This document shows, piece after piece, positions 18,826-29,046 of a stretch of DNA of 64,000 nucleotides; position 1 is the stretch's first letter; the number at the start of each line of letters is the position of its first letter. This DNA comes from an uncultured Actinomycetes bacterium (GTDB lineage: Bacteria; SZUA-79; Acidulodesulfobacterales; Acidulodesulfobacteraceae). The translations under genes were made by a program, and so were the position numbers. The notes beneath the pieces are model-generated. The model had not been told where the DNA came from and searched no databases. It was given only the letters and a program-made list of their open reading frames with translations. Location: contig CAZVZU010000002.1 of assembly GCA_964631685.1 (NCBI GenBank), forward strand, positions 197,216-261,215, in the 5' to 3' direction.

Positions 18826-19386
18826 GTGAAGGTTGTAAACAATATAATTTCTGATTACTTGGTCTCTTCCAGCGCGGTGCTCGATAACGGTGAGCCTATT
18901 ACTGCTTTCCTCGCTAGTTGGGATTGTCTTACCTTGATTGCACAAATAAACTTGAACAGGCATTCCAATAAGAACAAAAACGATAGAGATAAGATAGAGT
19001 TCCTGTTTAAGGATTATAGAAAGAATATCGCCCTAATACTTGTACATAAAAATAATTTGATAAATCTTGAGAATATACTCTCTATTGTTAAGTCAGGCTG
19101 CCCCATATTGATAACCAAATTCGAGGATATCAAGGATACTGTTAATAATACTAATGGTATTTTTCAATTTGCAGCGTCCTCAGATGAAGATGCGTCTGCA
19201 GTCAAAGAAGCAGAATATTTCATGGAGTGTCTCGCCGGTTTAATTCATCTGGGCAAAAATAAGCTGTTCAAATCATTGAGCTTAGATCGCCTATCTGATA
19301 ATTATGAAAGTTACGATATTCAGTTTTGTGAAAATGCATCGCAATTAATATTTAGCATAATCAGGGGAATTATAAAGGTGGAATAG
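18826..19386 (+). CDS. Hypothetical protein
   Basis: 186-aa ORF filling the gap, GTG start after AAGGA..GGA; weak USP-like GCPILI segment. Confidence 0.7.
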   Translation: MKVVNNIISDYLVSSSAVLDNGEPITAFLASWDCLTLIAQINLNRHSNKNKNDRDKIEFLFKDYRKNIALILVHKNNLINLENILSIVKSGCPILITKFEDIKDTVNNTNGIFQFAASSDEDASAVKEAEYFMECLAGLIHLGKNKLFKSLSLDRLSDNYESYDIQFCENASQLIFSIIRGIIKVE

Positions 19387-19417
19387 GATATTTTTGAATA
19401 ATCAATGCCGTATTTTC

Positions 19418-22168
19418 CTAATGCGCTTCCGACCAATTTTTACCAACTCTAACATTCACAAGTAGCGGAACGCGTGCTAAAAGGTTTTTATCTGTCATAG
19501 CAACAGTCACAATCCCTTTAAGCTCGTCTATTAAAGATTCTTTCACCTCAAATATAAGCTCATCATGCACCTGAAGAATCATCTTTGCTTCACTTTCTAA
19601 TGGGTTAATATCCGAAAGTTTCTTATGGATATTAATCATTGCAATCTTTATTATATCGGCTGCCGTTCCCTGAATGGGAGCATTTATTGCGGCCCTTTCG
19701 GAAGAAGATGCCAAATTTTTTATTTTTGAATTAATATTTGCTACATAGCATTTTCTCCCGAAAGCAGTCTTGACAAATCCGTTCAGTTTAGCATCATTGA
19801 CGGTTCGTTCCATATAGTCTTTGATAGGGCGGTGATTTTTAAAAAATAAATCTATATAGAGTTTTGCCTCTTCGGCTAAAATACCCAGTTCTTTTGACAG
19901 CCCGTAAAAACTCATGCCGTAAATTATGCCAAAATTAATTACCTTAGCCTTTCTTCGCATGGCGGGGTCAACGTCATCAGATTTAACCTTGAATATTTCG
20001 GATGCTGTTTTCGTGTGAATATCTTCATTATTTTGAAAACTCTCTATCAGTACTTTATCCTCAGCAATGGATGCTATAACCCTTAAATCAATCTGCGAAT
20101 AGTCTGCAGATAAAAGAACATAGCCTTTTTTAGCTATAAAAGACTGCCTTATTTTGGTTCCTTCTGCGCCGGTAACGGGAATATTTTGAAGATTGGGCCT
20201 CTGACTTGCGAGTCTGCCCGTTGAAGTGGTGACCTGTGAAAAAGAAGTATGAACCCTATCATCTTTATCGATCTCTCTTAATAGAACATCAGTAAAAGAT
20301 GTTTTAAGTTTAACCTTATTTCTGTAAGATATAAGACTATCGATGAATTCTAAGTATTGCCCCACTATTTCATCACCATTATCCGACAACAACAATTTAA
20401 TTTTAGACTTTAATGCCAGAAGGACTCCTATATCGGTACTGTTTTTCTTAACCCTATCAAATTTCATTTCGACGAACATGATTTGGCTAAGTTGCTTTGG
20501 AGAATTCACGTTGAATTCTCTTCCAGCTATTTGATGCAAAATACCCGCAAGTCTTTTGGATTCCACATCCAATTCGGCAGATAAAGACATAAGCTTATCC
20601 TTATCTATCATGAATCCGACATGTTCCATATCGCTCAAGATGGCGGCAAGCGGCATGTCGACATTATAAAAAAGATACTTTATGTCAGTATCTTTTTCAA
20701 TCTGCGTCTTCATTATTTTATACAATGTATAGACAGAAAAAGCTTGATTTTCGGTATCCGTATCAAAGCCAAATTCGTTCTTTATATCTATAAAACTATG
20801 AGAATGCCGTATAGGATTTAAAAGATATGATGCTATTTTTATATCAAAAAAAAGATTATTTAGTTTAATGCCGGCCTCGTCTAGAAATCCTTTAATACCA
20901 GCAAGATCATAGCCTATCTTAGATACAGAGTCATCTTGTAATAAACTTAATATTTGCGCATTATGTAGAATATTTTCTATACTGATAGCTTCGCTCCCTA
21001 TTTCTCCAGAAAATAATCGGATTAAAACTCTGTCATTATCACCGTTAAAATTGAGTCCGGATAAATCTTTGCCCTTATCATTTGTGAGGTCAATGTAGAT
21101 CGAGATAATCTTTGTATTTTCAACACTATCACAACAATCGTTATTGCCAGATTCGCTAATGTAATTGCTATGGACAATGCCGTTAGGACTTATCTCTATC
21201 CCCTTTGACAACGAACTAAGCTCTAACATCTTGAAAATACTGTAAAGCCCTTTATCGTCCCTTGGCATCATTACAAAATCATCCAATGCACAAAAAGCAT
21301 TCCTGTCACCTTTTTGCATATATTCTTCTGTCTTAGGGGTAAAATAAGCATCATTAATATTGATATTTTGATAGAACGAGGCAAGTTTTAGGCTTATATA
21401 TGCATTTTCTTTGTAATTTACAAGCAAATTCCTGAGTTTTTGCTGTTTAATAGTATCGATATCTTTATAAACACTGTCTAGATTTTTATGCGCCCTTATC
21501 AAATTAAAAGCCGTCTTCTCTCCGATGCCCTTTATTCCGGGAATATTATCGGATGCGTCACCCATAAGCGATAGGACATAAAGGTATTCACTCGGCTTTA
21601 TGCCGCATTCATCCTCAAAACTCTCAGCAGTGATAAGTTTATTCTTAAGGGCATCGTACATGCAGACATTTTTTGATAAAAGCTGCTTCAGATCCTTATC
21701 GCTACTTACTATGCAGGTAGAAATATTTAACTTTTCTGAAAAATTATTGACTATGTACGCTATCAGGTCGTCCGCCTCATAGCCCTCAAGCTTGAATGTG
21801 TTAAATCCTAACAAGTAAGAGATATCCGTCAAATAACCAACCTGCGATAGTAAGTCATCCGGCATCTCCTTCCTATTTGCCTTATAATCTTTGTAAGATT
21901 TCTTTCTTAGACTTTCTCTGGAATCAAAAAGACAACTGCCATACCTTATATTTGCACCTTTAATTAATTTTATGAGCATTCTTGAATATCCTAATGTAGC
22001 CCCGGTGGGAACGCCTTTAGAGTTGGTCAGGGAGGGAAGAGCATAATAAGCCCTATAAAAATATGAACTTGAATCAATTAAAAACAGATCTGCTTTAATA
22101 TCGGGGATGTCTCTGATTTTGGAACGACTTTTACTTTTTGCTGTTTTTTGTGATAACTGATTTTCCAT
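19418..22168 (-). CDS. polA: DNA polymerase I
   Basis: 5' nuclease (YKANR, YEADD, GDASDNIPG); polymerase motifs TGRLAS, DYSQIDLR, RRKAKVINFGIIYG, QVHDE. Confidence 0.97.
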   Translation of the reverse strand: MENQLSQKTAKSKSRSKIRDIPDIKADLFLIDSSSYFYRAYYALPSLTNSKGVPTGATLGYSRMLIKLIKGANIRYGSCLFDSRESLRKKSYKDYKANRKEMPDDLLSQVGYLTDISYLLGFNTFKLEGYEADDLIAYIVNNFSEKLNISTCIVSSDKDLKQLLSKNVCMYDALKNKLITAESFEDECGIKPSEYLYVLSLMGDASDNIPGIKGIGEKTAFNLIRAHKNLDSVYKDIDTIKQQKLRNLLVNYKENAYISLKLASFYQNININDAYFTPKTEEYMQKGDRNAFCALDDFVMMPRDDKGLYSIFKMLELSSLSKGIEISPNGIVHSNYISESGNNDCCDSVENTKIISIYIDLTNDKGKDLSGLNFNGDNDRVLIRLFSGEIGSEAISIENILHNAQILSLLQDDSVSKIGYDLAGIKGFLDEAGIKLNNLFFDIKIASYLLNPIRHSHSFIDIKNEFGFDTDTENQAFSVYTLYKIMKTQIEKDTDIKYLFYNVDMPLAAILSDMEHVGFMIDKDKLMSLSAELDVESKRLAGILHQIAGREFNVNSPKQLSQIMFVEMKFDRVKKNSTDIGVLLALKSKIKLLLSDNGDEIVGQYLEFIDSLISYRNKVKLKTSFTDVLLREIDKDDRVHTSFSQVTTSTGRLASQRPNLQNIPVTGAEGTKIRQSFIAKKGYVLLSADYSQIDLRVIASIAEDKVLIESFQNNEDIHTKTASEIFKVKSDDVDPAMRRKAKVINFGIIYGMSFYGLSKELGILAEEAKLYIDLFFKNHRPIKDYMERTVNDAKLNGFVKTAFGRKCYVANINSKIKNLASSSERAAINAPIQGTAADIIKIAMINIHKKLSDINPLESEAKMILQVHDELIFEVKESLIDELKGIVTVAMTDKNLLARVPLLVNVRVGKNWSEAH

Positions 22169-22174
22169 TATTAT

Positions 22175-22603
22175 TTAACGCTTTTTAACATCTATAACAC
22201 GAGTAAAAGCCAACCTGTCACCTAATCTCTCACCCTTAGGACTCTGTATGATAAAATAACTCTCAACGCCGAATATAAAACAACCCACGACAAAAAATAA
22301 AAAATATCCAACAAAGGGTATAAAAGAAAATGCAAGGGCTAATGCGAGGAAAGAATTTCTTATAATAGATTCCTTGAATTCAATTCGTTTTTCATCAAAG
22401 ATAGTTACGGTCCTTAGGCCTATAAGCTTTTTTCCTATACTTTGTCCATCAAAAAAACCGTCCGCAATTAAAATATAGAGAATGCCGGCTAAAAAACCAA
22501 AGGGGTAGAATATCTCACTCAAAAAACCTACGATCAGTAAGTCAATCGCTTTAGCTATAAATCTGTGAAGGGTATTTGCCTTTTTATCCATAAACTGATC
22601 CAT
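22175..22603 (-). CDS. RDD family membrane protein
   Basis: RFIAKAID, GQSIGKKLIGL, RN, RLGD. Confidence 0.85.
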   Translation of the reverse strand: MDQFMDKKANTLHRFIAKAIDLLIVGFLSEIFYPFGFLAGILYILIADGFFDGQSIGKKLIGLRTVTIFDEKRIEFKESIIRNSFLALALAFSFIPFVGYFLFFVVGCFIFGVESYFIIQSPKGERLGDRLAFTRVIDVKKR

Positions 22604-22627
22604 TTTAGCATATAAATAAAGTTATCG

Positions 22628-23779
22628 TTATTTATTAATAAGCTTTCCTTTCGTTGGTTCATAAATACAATAAGGCTCTTCTTCCATATAATCACCTTTC
22701 TCGTAATAAGCCCGCGCCCTACACCCCTCGCATACCTTTTTGTATTCACAAATACCACATTTACCTTTCAATAAACCCGTGTCCCTGAGGTTTAAAAATA
22801 CTTCCGAGTTATCCCAGATTTTACCAACGGGTTCCTTTGTGACATCCCCCGCTTGAACAGGAAGATAACCGCAAGGCTGAACTATCCCTTTTCTCGATAT
22901 AAACATAACACCGCTTCCAGCTAAACAGCCCCGAGTAACCGCAGCCATACCATGGGTCTTTGGGGTTATGGCTATGCCATCATCTTTTGCCCTTTTATGC
23001 ATAATTCTAAAAAAATGAGGGGCACATGTAGCCTTAAGTTCTATTGTCCCTCTAAGCTCCATAGTCTTGTCGTAAAACCAGGATAAAATGTCCTCGTATT
23101 TTTGTTTATCCAGCATTTGAGAATCGGCGATTTGAACACCGCAACCAACGGGAACAAGCATAAATATATGAAGAGCCTTTACGCCGGTATTTAGAGCCAA
23201 AGTTAATATATCTTCAACCTCATCTTCGTTGTGTCTTGCAATAGTTGTATTGATTTGAACCTCAATACCCTCTTTTTGTAGCATTCTTACGCCGTTAAAT
23301 GCGCCTTCAAAAGAGCCTTGCATCATCCTGAATGTATCATGCGTCTTGGAATTAGCCCCATCAAGACTCACAGACACCCTTTTAATTCCGCTTTTTTTGA
23401 TCTGTTTCGCGACCGATTCATCGACTAAAGTACCATTTGTGGCAAGCGCGACACGCAGGCCCTTACTTGTGGCATAACCGGCGATCTCAAAAATATCATC
23501 TCTATACAACGGTTCTCCGCCCGTCAAGATAAGAATAGGGCTGCTAAACTTACATATCTCATCTATAATGCTAAAACACTTTTCCGTCTTCAATTCATCT
23601 TCCTGCCTCTCCAGTTGAGCCTCTGCGCGACAATGGATGCACCTTAAATTACACCTTGCAGTAAGTTCCCAAAAAACCAGTCTCAATTCATTTTTTTGCG
23701 AGACCCGCATACCACTAGCCGGATGTCCCCCGGCAGGCATTGAAATATTGCTATTATTATCCACTGTATATCTCCTCAT
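22628..23779 (-). CDS. ahbD: AdoMet-dependent heme b synthase
   Basis: LRLVFWELTARCNLRCIHC, LVPVGCG, KATCAPH, TRGCLAG, SPASM Cys; located in a heme cluster. Confidence 0.9.
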   Translation of the reverse strand: MRRYTVDNNSNISMPAGGHPASGMRVSQKNELRLVFWELTARCNLRCIHCRAEAQLERQEDELKTEKCFSIIDEICKFSSPILILTGGEPLYRDDIFEIAGYATSKGLRVALATNGTLVDESVAKQIKKSGIKRVSVSLDGANSKTHDTFRMMQGSFEGAFNGVRMLQKEGIEVQINTTIARHNEDEVEDILTLALNTGVKALHIFMLVPVGCGVQIADSQMLDKQKYEDILSWFYDKTMELRGTIELKATCAPHFFRIMHKRAKDDGIAITPKTHGMAAVTRGCLAGSGVMFISRKGIVQPCGYLPVQAGDVTKEPVGKIWDNSEVFLNLRDTGLLKGKCGICEYKKVCEGCRARAYYEKGDYMEEEPYCIYEPTKGKLINK

Positions 23780-24944
23780 CTGTTAGATAGCAAGCGGGAT
23801 CCGGTGACCATAAATCACCATCCTTTGCCTCTGACCTAACCCTAAAGTTGCCGTTGCAGACATCAAGCCACCTGCACTCTACGCATCTACCCTTTACATA
23901 TGCCTTCTTATTTTTAAGTTGCTTCATGAGGGGCTCAGATGTATCCATCCATATCTTACTAAATTTATTTTCTTTAACATTTCCAAATGAATGATGTCTC
24001 CAAAACTGGTCGGCATAAACCTCGCCATCCCAACTAACACAACCTATTCCAACGCCGGAGCTATTACCTCCGTTCATCTTAAGAAGACTCATGACATTTT
24101 CCGCTTCTTCTCGTTTTCCTTCTTTTAACAGCTTTAAGTAAATATATGGACCGTCGGCATGGTTGTCAACAGTAAGGACCTCTTTGGCATTATCCCTAGA
24201 ATATACCTCTTTGGTAAGTTCCAATATCATATCGATCGTTCGCCTTGTTTCTTCAAGAGATAAATCCTCCTTGATGAGTTTTGTCCCCCTACCTGCATAA
24301 ACAAGATGATAAAAACAGACCCTGGGGATATTTTCATCTTCTAAAAGTTTAAATATGCCTGGAATTTCTTGAGCATTTCTCTTGTTTATAGTAAACCTCA
24401 AACCAACCTTAATCCCCGCATCTCTCGCATAATTAATGCCCTCCAGTGCATCTTTGAACGCACCTTTTTTACCCCTAAATTTATCATGAACCGTTTCAAG
24501 CCCGTCCAAGCTTATACCCACATAGGATAAACCCACTTTTTTTAATTCTTTAGCCAATTCTCTGGTAATAAGAGTTCCATTAGTGGAGACAACAGCCCTC
24601 ATCCCTTTTGATTTTGCATAAAAACACAAATCAAGAAAATGCGGGTGCATCAGCGGCTCTCCGCCGGAAAAAAGCATTACAGGCGCACCGAATACGGAAA
24701 TATCATCGATAAAGGCTTTCCCTTCTTCAAGCGTAAGCTCATTATCATATTGAACATTTTTCGATTGAGAATAACAGTGTATGCAACTTAAGTTGCACGT
24801 CCTTATCATGTTCCAGACTATTACCGGTTTTTTGTCCTTAGAAAATTGCAAAAGATGCGAAGGGAGCCTACTTGACGTACGCCCGTAACGGAGAGCATCT
24901 GAGGCGTGCACCCCTCCACAATACAGTTTGGATATTCCTATCAT
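23757..24944 (-). CDS. ahbC: 12,18-didecarboxysiroheme deacetylase (radical SAM)
   Basis: MIGISKLYCG..ALRYG..LPSHLLQFSKDKKPV, CNLSCIHC, VDNHADG, YADQFW, DPACYL. Confidence 0.93.
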   Translation of the reverse strand: MIGISKLYCGGVHASDALRYGRTSSRLPSHLLQFSKDKKPVIVWNMIRTCNLSCIHCYSQSKNVQYDNELTLEEGKAFIDDISVFGAPVMLFSGGEPLMHPHFLDLCFYAKSKGMRAVVSTNGTLITRELAKELKKVGLSYVGISLDGLETVHDKFRGKKGAFKDALEGINYARDAGIKVGLRFTINKRNAQEIPGIFKLLEDENIPRVCFYHLVYAGRGTKLIKEDLSLEETRRTIDMILELTKEVYSRDNAKEVLTVDNHADGPYIYLKLLKEGKREEAENVMSLLKMNGGNSSGVGIGCVSWDGEVYADQFWRHHSFGNVKENKFSKIWMDTSEPLMKQLKNKKAYVKGRCVECRWLDVCNGNFRVRSEAKDGDLWSPDPACYLTDEEIYSG

Positions 24945-24974
24945 TATTACAAGAACCTCATTGAAATTTTATTT

Positions 24975-26624
24975 TTAATCCCTATGTGTTTTATAAAAGA
25001 TAACTATCTCGTCAACTAACGAAACTATACTGACCTCTTCTGGTATTATATCAGATTTAATGCCGAAGCCCAATGCATATTTAGCCGTTTTCTCTCCTAT
25101 GCTCGCAAATTTAACGCCCGACTTGATAATTACCGTCAAGAAATCCTCTTGTATATCTTTAATCAAGTTAACAAAATTTTCTACCGTTGAGTAGCTAGTA
25201 AAACTTATAACCAAAGAAGATAAAGAAAAATCACCCGGAAGACCTATGTTTCTATGAACCTTTTTTATACTGCTTTCTTTTATATTTATAAGAGAGCTAA
25301 AGATTTCATATAATTCTTCTCTGGATTTTTCAGGTACAATCGTTTCATAAACCGGTAAGTTCTCTAAAATCGCCCCTGAAGATGCAAGGAATGCGGGAAG
25401 CTCATTATTTATTTTCCAAGCTTGAGGAAAAAGAATTTTTTTACCGGTAAGCTTTATATTTTTCAAGCTATTTATTATACCGGATTGAGAAAACTCGGAT
25501 GGAATTATATCCGGAATTATGCCATACTTTTTCAGCTCTAGTGATGTATTTTTACCAACGGAAACTATTTTTTTACCGTAAAACCTTCTCGCGTCAAATC
25601 CCTTTGAAAAACAATCGTCAAGAAATCCTGAAACGCCGTTCACGCTCGTAAAAATAATATAATCGTAATCCTCAATATTTTGCACTACATTATAAATCCT
25701 AGCTTTATCTATGTGTGCCCCATCTTTTATGACTTTTATAAGCGGAAGGCTTATCACGAAAGCACCGAGCCTTTTAAGTCTTTGAGAGAGTACTCCGGCC
25801 TGACCCTCTGACCTCGTGACTATTACTCTTAATCCCCTCAATGGCTGCTTCTCAAACCAATTCAATGTATCCTTTAATTTGACTACGTTTCCTACTATAA
25901 GTATGAGCGGACTCTTTAAGCCAAGCCTCTCCGTTTCGTCTTTAATCGTTTTCAATGTCCCTATTGCCGTCTTTTGATTTGGTGTTGTCCCCTCTTGAAT
26001 CACAGCGCACGGGGTTTCTTGATCTCTTCCTGAATGTATAATATTTTTAGTAATAGAACTTAGATTTTTATATCCCATTAAAACTACTATAGTATCCGCA
26101 CCGACTAATTTATCCCAGTTTATAGTGCTTTTTTCTTTATGTTCTCCTTCGTGACCGGTTACAATTGCAACCGTAGAAGCATAATCCCTATGTGTCAAAG
26201 GGATACCCGCATATGCTGGTACGGCAAAGGATGAAGAAATACCAGGTATTATCTCAAATGGGATAGCATCTTCAAAAAGTCTTTCGGCCTCCTCGCCACC
26301 CCGCCCAAATAGATAAGGGTCACCACCCTTAAGCCTGACAACAATCTTATTTTCCACTGCCTTTTTTGACAGAAGCTCATTAATAGAATATTGCGGCAAA
26401 CTGTGATTGGACGACCTTTTACCTACATAGATAACTTCACATCCATCTTTCGCAAAGGATAAAATTTCTTCCGAAATTAAACTGTCATATATAATAACAT
26501 CCGCTTCCTGCAAAACATTCTTAGCCTTAAGGGTTAAAAGCTCCGGATCCCCCGGGCCGGCACCTACAAGATAAACCATTCCCATATTTAAATCACTACG
26601 GTATTCATCATTGTTTTTAATCAT
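24975..26624 (-). CDS. cobA: Uroporphyrinogen-III C-methyltransferase/synthase fusion (CobA-HemD)
   Basis: VYLVGAGPGDP, RLKGGDP, GRGGEE; HemD half with VTR, FTSVNGV, FTSYSTV. Confidence 0.93.
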   Translation of the reverse strand: MIKNNDEYRSDLNMGMVYLVGAGPGDPELLTLKAKNVLQEADVIIYDSLISEEILSFAKDGCEVIYVGKRSSNHSLPQYSINELLSKKAVENKIVVRLKGGDPYLFGRGGEEAERLFEDAIPFEIIPGISSSFAVPAYAGIPLTHRDYASTVAIVTGHEGEHKEKSTINWDKLVGADTIVVLMGYKNLSSITKNIIHSGRDQETPCAVIQEGTTPNQKTAIGTLKTIKDETERLGLKSPLILIVGNVVKLKDTLNWFEKQPLRGLRVIVTRSEGQAGVLSQRLKRLGAFVISLPLIKVIKDGAHIDKARIYNVVQNIEDYDYIIFTSVNGVSGFLDDCFSKGFDARRFYGKKIVSVGKNTSLELKKYGIIPDIIPSEFSQSGIINSLKNIKLTGKKILFPQAWKINNELPAFLASSGAILENLPVYETIVPEKSREELYEIFSSLINIKESSIKKVHRNIGLPGDFSLSSLVISFTSYSTVENFVNLIKDIQEDFLTVIIKSGVKFASIGEKTAKYALGFGIKSDIIPEEVSIVSLVDEIVIFYKTHRD

Positions 26625-26648
26625 CTATTTTTTTATTCCCCTCTTGTT

Positions 26649-27605
26649 TCATATATTATTTTTTTCCAATATCTTGAGCCCACCTTTATCGATTAAACTT
26701 AACGCCATAGTTTTTCCAACATTCTCATAATCAGTTTTTGCACCTGTGACCTCATCCTCTAGATATTCACCGTATATATTCGAGACAAAAGCTTTCATAT
26801 GTATCCTATTATCTTCAATATATGAATATGCCCCCACGGGGGATGCGCATCCGCAATTTAATGTTTTAATACACGCTCTTTCCGCAAAAACAGAAAAATA
26901 GGTCTGTTCATCGTTTAGGGGATTAACTAACCTGCCCATATCCGCCCGAGACTCTTTATATTCTATTGCTATAACCCCCTGTCCACACTGCGGAATAAAT
27001 ATAAACGGATCCAAATATATATCTATATGCGAAGAAAGTCCAAGCCTTATAAGTCCGCTTGATGATAAAACGATTGCATCAAATTGGCCATCTTGTAATT
27101 TCTTCAGTCTGGTATCAACATTCCCGCGTAATGATTCAAATGTTATATTGTCACATAAGCGCGTCATTAGCGAACGCCGCCTAAGGCTCGATGTTCCTAC
27201 TATGGCACCATCTTTTAATAGGGAAGTAAAATTTTTAGAATCTAAAACTGCATGGGAACTGGGCTTATCCTTTAAGATAAGACAGTCCCTGGGGTCGTCC
27301 CTTTTTAGCACAGTATTTAATATCAAACCATCGGGTATCACCTGCGGAACATCCTTCAGGCTATGCACGGCAATGTCAATATCTTCCAGTAAAAGAGCCT
27401 CTTCTATCTCTTTTACAAACAGACCCTTTCCACCAAAATCACTGAGCGATGCGTTTAAAATTCTATCTCCCGATGTTTTAATAATCTTTATCTCAATATC
27501 TATTTTCTCATCTTTATTGTCAAAAAAACGGCTTATTTTATTCTTAATTAAATTAGCCTGATACAGCGCGAGCTTACTCCCGCGCGTGCCTATTCTTAGC
27601 CTCAC
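26649..27605 (-). CDS. hemC: Hydroxymethylbilane synthase
   Basis: GTRGSKLA, GGKGLFVKE, VHSLKD, GTSSLRR, RGNVDTRL. Confidence 0.97.
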   Translation of the reverse strand: MRLRIGTRGSKLALYQANLIKNKISRFFDNKDEKIDIEIKIIKTSGDRILNASLSDFGGKGLFVKEIEEALLLEDIDIAVHSLKDVPQVIPDGLILNTVLKRDDPRDCLILKDKPSSHAVLDSKNFTSLLKDGAIVGTSSLRRRSLMTRLCDNITFESLRGNVDTRLKKLQDGQFDAIVLSSSGLIRLGLSSHIDIYLDPFIFIPQCGQGVIAIEYKESRADMGRLVNPLNDEQTYFSVFAERACIKTLNCGCASPVGAYSYIEDNRIHMKAFVSNIYGEYLEDEVTGAKTDYENVGKTMALSLIDKGGLKILEKNNI

Positions 27606-27621
27606 AATTCACCCTTTTTAT

Positions 27622-29043
27622 TCACTTTATTAATTTTATTCTACGCGAATTATTCTTGTCGCCAAAATCCTTTTTGACTTCGTTGTCTACTACATGATTG
27701 CTATCATTTTCAACATTCCCCTCATCATTATCGGTATCCCTATCCAATCTAAGATTAAAAAGTGTCTTCAATGTTTCCATTATATTTGTTCCATCCGTAT
27801 CTACTGCAGCTTTTTTAATCAAGGTAATGGGTTCGTGAAGAATTTTATTCGTGAGAGAATTGATAATTAAATCCTTTTCCTTTTTTTCGCCAATATATTT
27901 AAACAGCTCTGTTTCTAATATGCTTCTTACCTTATTTCTTAGTGATACTATTACCGGCACCGCATTCAATGAATTCTTCCAACCCATAAATTCGTGTACC
28001 TGCATATCTATAAGCTCGCTTGCGGTTTCAGCCTCTTTCTTTCGTATTTCCAAGTTATCTTCTATCATTTTTCCTATATCATCGATATCATACAGATACA
28101 CATTGGAGATCTTGTTAATTTCCGGATCAATATTCCTCGGAACAGATATATCAATCAAAAATAGCGGTCTCTGTTTGCGAAGTTTTATGACCGGCATAAT
28201 GTCATCGTATTTCAATACATAACCGTCTGAACCAGTGGAACATAACACAATATCGGTTTGTGGCAGTAATTTATAGTACTCCAAAAAATCTATTACATTT
28301 ATACAGTTTTTTTCATCGGGTTTAAATGAATCCTTTACAAAGCGATACGCCTTTTCCTTTGTTCGGTTTGCTATGTAAATATTATGAACACCACATTTTA
28401 TAAAGTGTTTAGCAGTAAGTTTACCCATTTCTCCGGTTCCTAAGAGTAATATCTTCTTTTCACTAAGGTTGTAGAAAATTTTTTTTGAAAGTTCTATCGC
28501 TGCATAACTTATGGATACGGGGGAGGATGCTATCTTTGTCTCTGTTCTTACCCTTTTTGCACAATAAAAAGCCTTATGGAACAGCTTATTTAATACTTGA
28601 CCATTAATCTTTTGTTCGTTTGCTTCGTTGTAAGCATCTTTAATTTGACCTAAAATTTGCGGCTCTCCTATGACCATCGAATCTAAACTTGAGGCAACGC
28701 TAAAAAGATGCCTAACGGCATCTTCATTTAAATGCATATAAAAAAGGTTATAATCGCCTCTTTTCCTTAAAAAATATTCCGATATATAATTTTTTATAAA
28801 GAGAGTATTCTCTCCGGCTACGCGAGAATGCAGCCCTATTATAAATTCAGACCTATTGCATGTGGTGATAATCACCAACTCTTTTATTAGCTGTCTCCCA
28901 TCTTCACCCTTTAAATTAAGTAGTTTCTTTGCAAATTCATGCCTTAATTCAGGGGTCAGAATCTTCTTGGAGACTATTTCTCTGTCACTAATATCTGCCG
29001 ATTTATGGCTTAAACCTATTATTAAAATATCCATAATATACAC
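27622..29043 (-). CDS. hemA: Glutamyl-tRNA reductase
   Basis: TCNRSE, SLDSMVIGEPQILGQ, GTGEM, ANRT, DISVPRN. Confidence 0.97.
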   Translation of the reverse strand: MYIMDILIIGLSHKSADISDREIVSKKILTPELRHEFAKKLLNLKGEDGRQLIKELVIITTCNRSEFIIGLHSRVAGENTLFIKNYISEYFLRKRGDYNLFYMHLNEDAVRHLFSVASSLDSMVIGEPQILGQIKDAYNEANEQKINGQVLNKLFHKAFYCAKRVRTETKIASSPVSISYAAIELSKKIFYNLSEKKILLLGTGEMGKLTAKHFIKCGVHNIYIANRTKEKAYRFVKDSFKPDEKNCINVIDFLEYYKLLPQTDIVLCSTGSDGYVLKYDDIMPVIKLRKQRPLFLIDISVPRNIDPEINKISNVYLYDIDDIGKMIEDNLEIRKKEAETASELIDMQVHEFMGWKNSLNAVPVIVSLRNKVRSILETELFKYIGEKKEKDLIINSLTNKILHEPITLIKKAAVDTDGTNIMETLKTLFNLRLDRDTDNDEGNVENDSNHVVDNEVKKDFGDKNNSRRIKLIK

Positions 29044-29046
29044 ATC

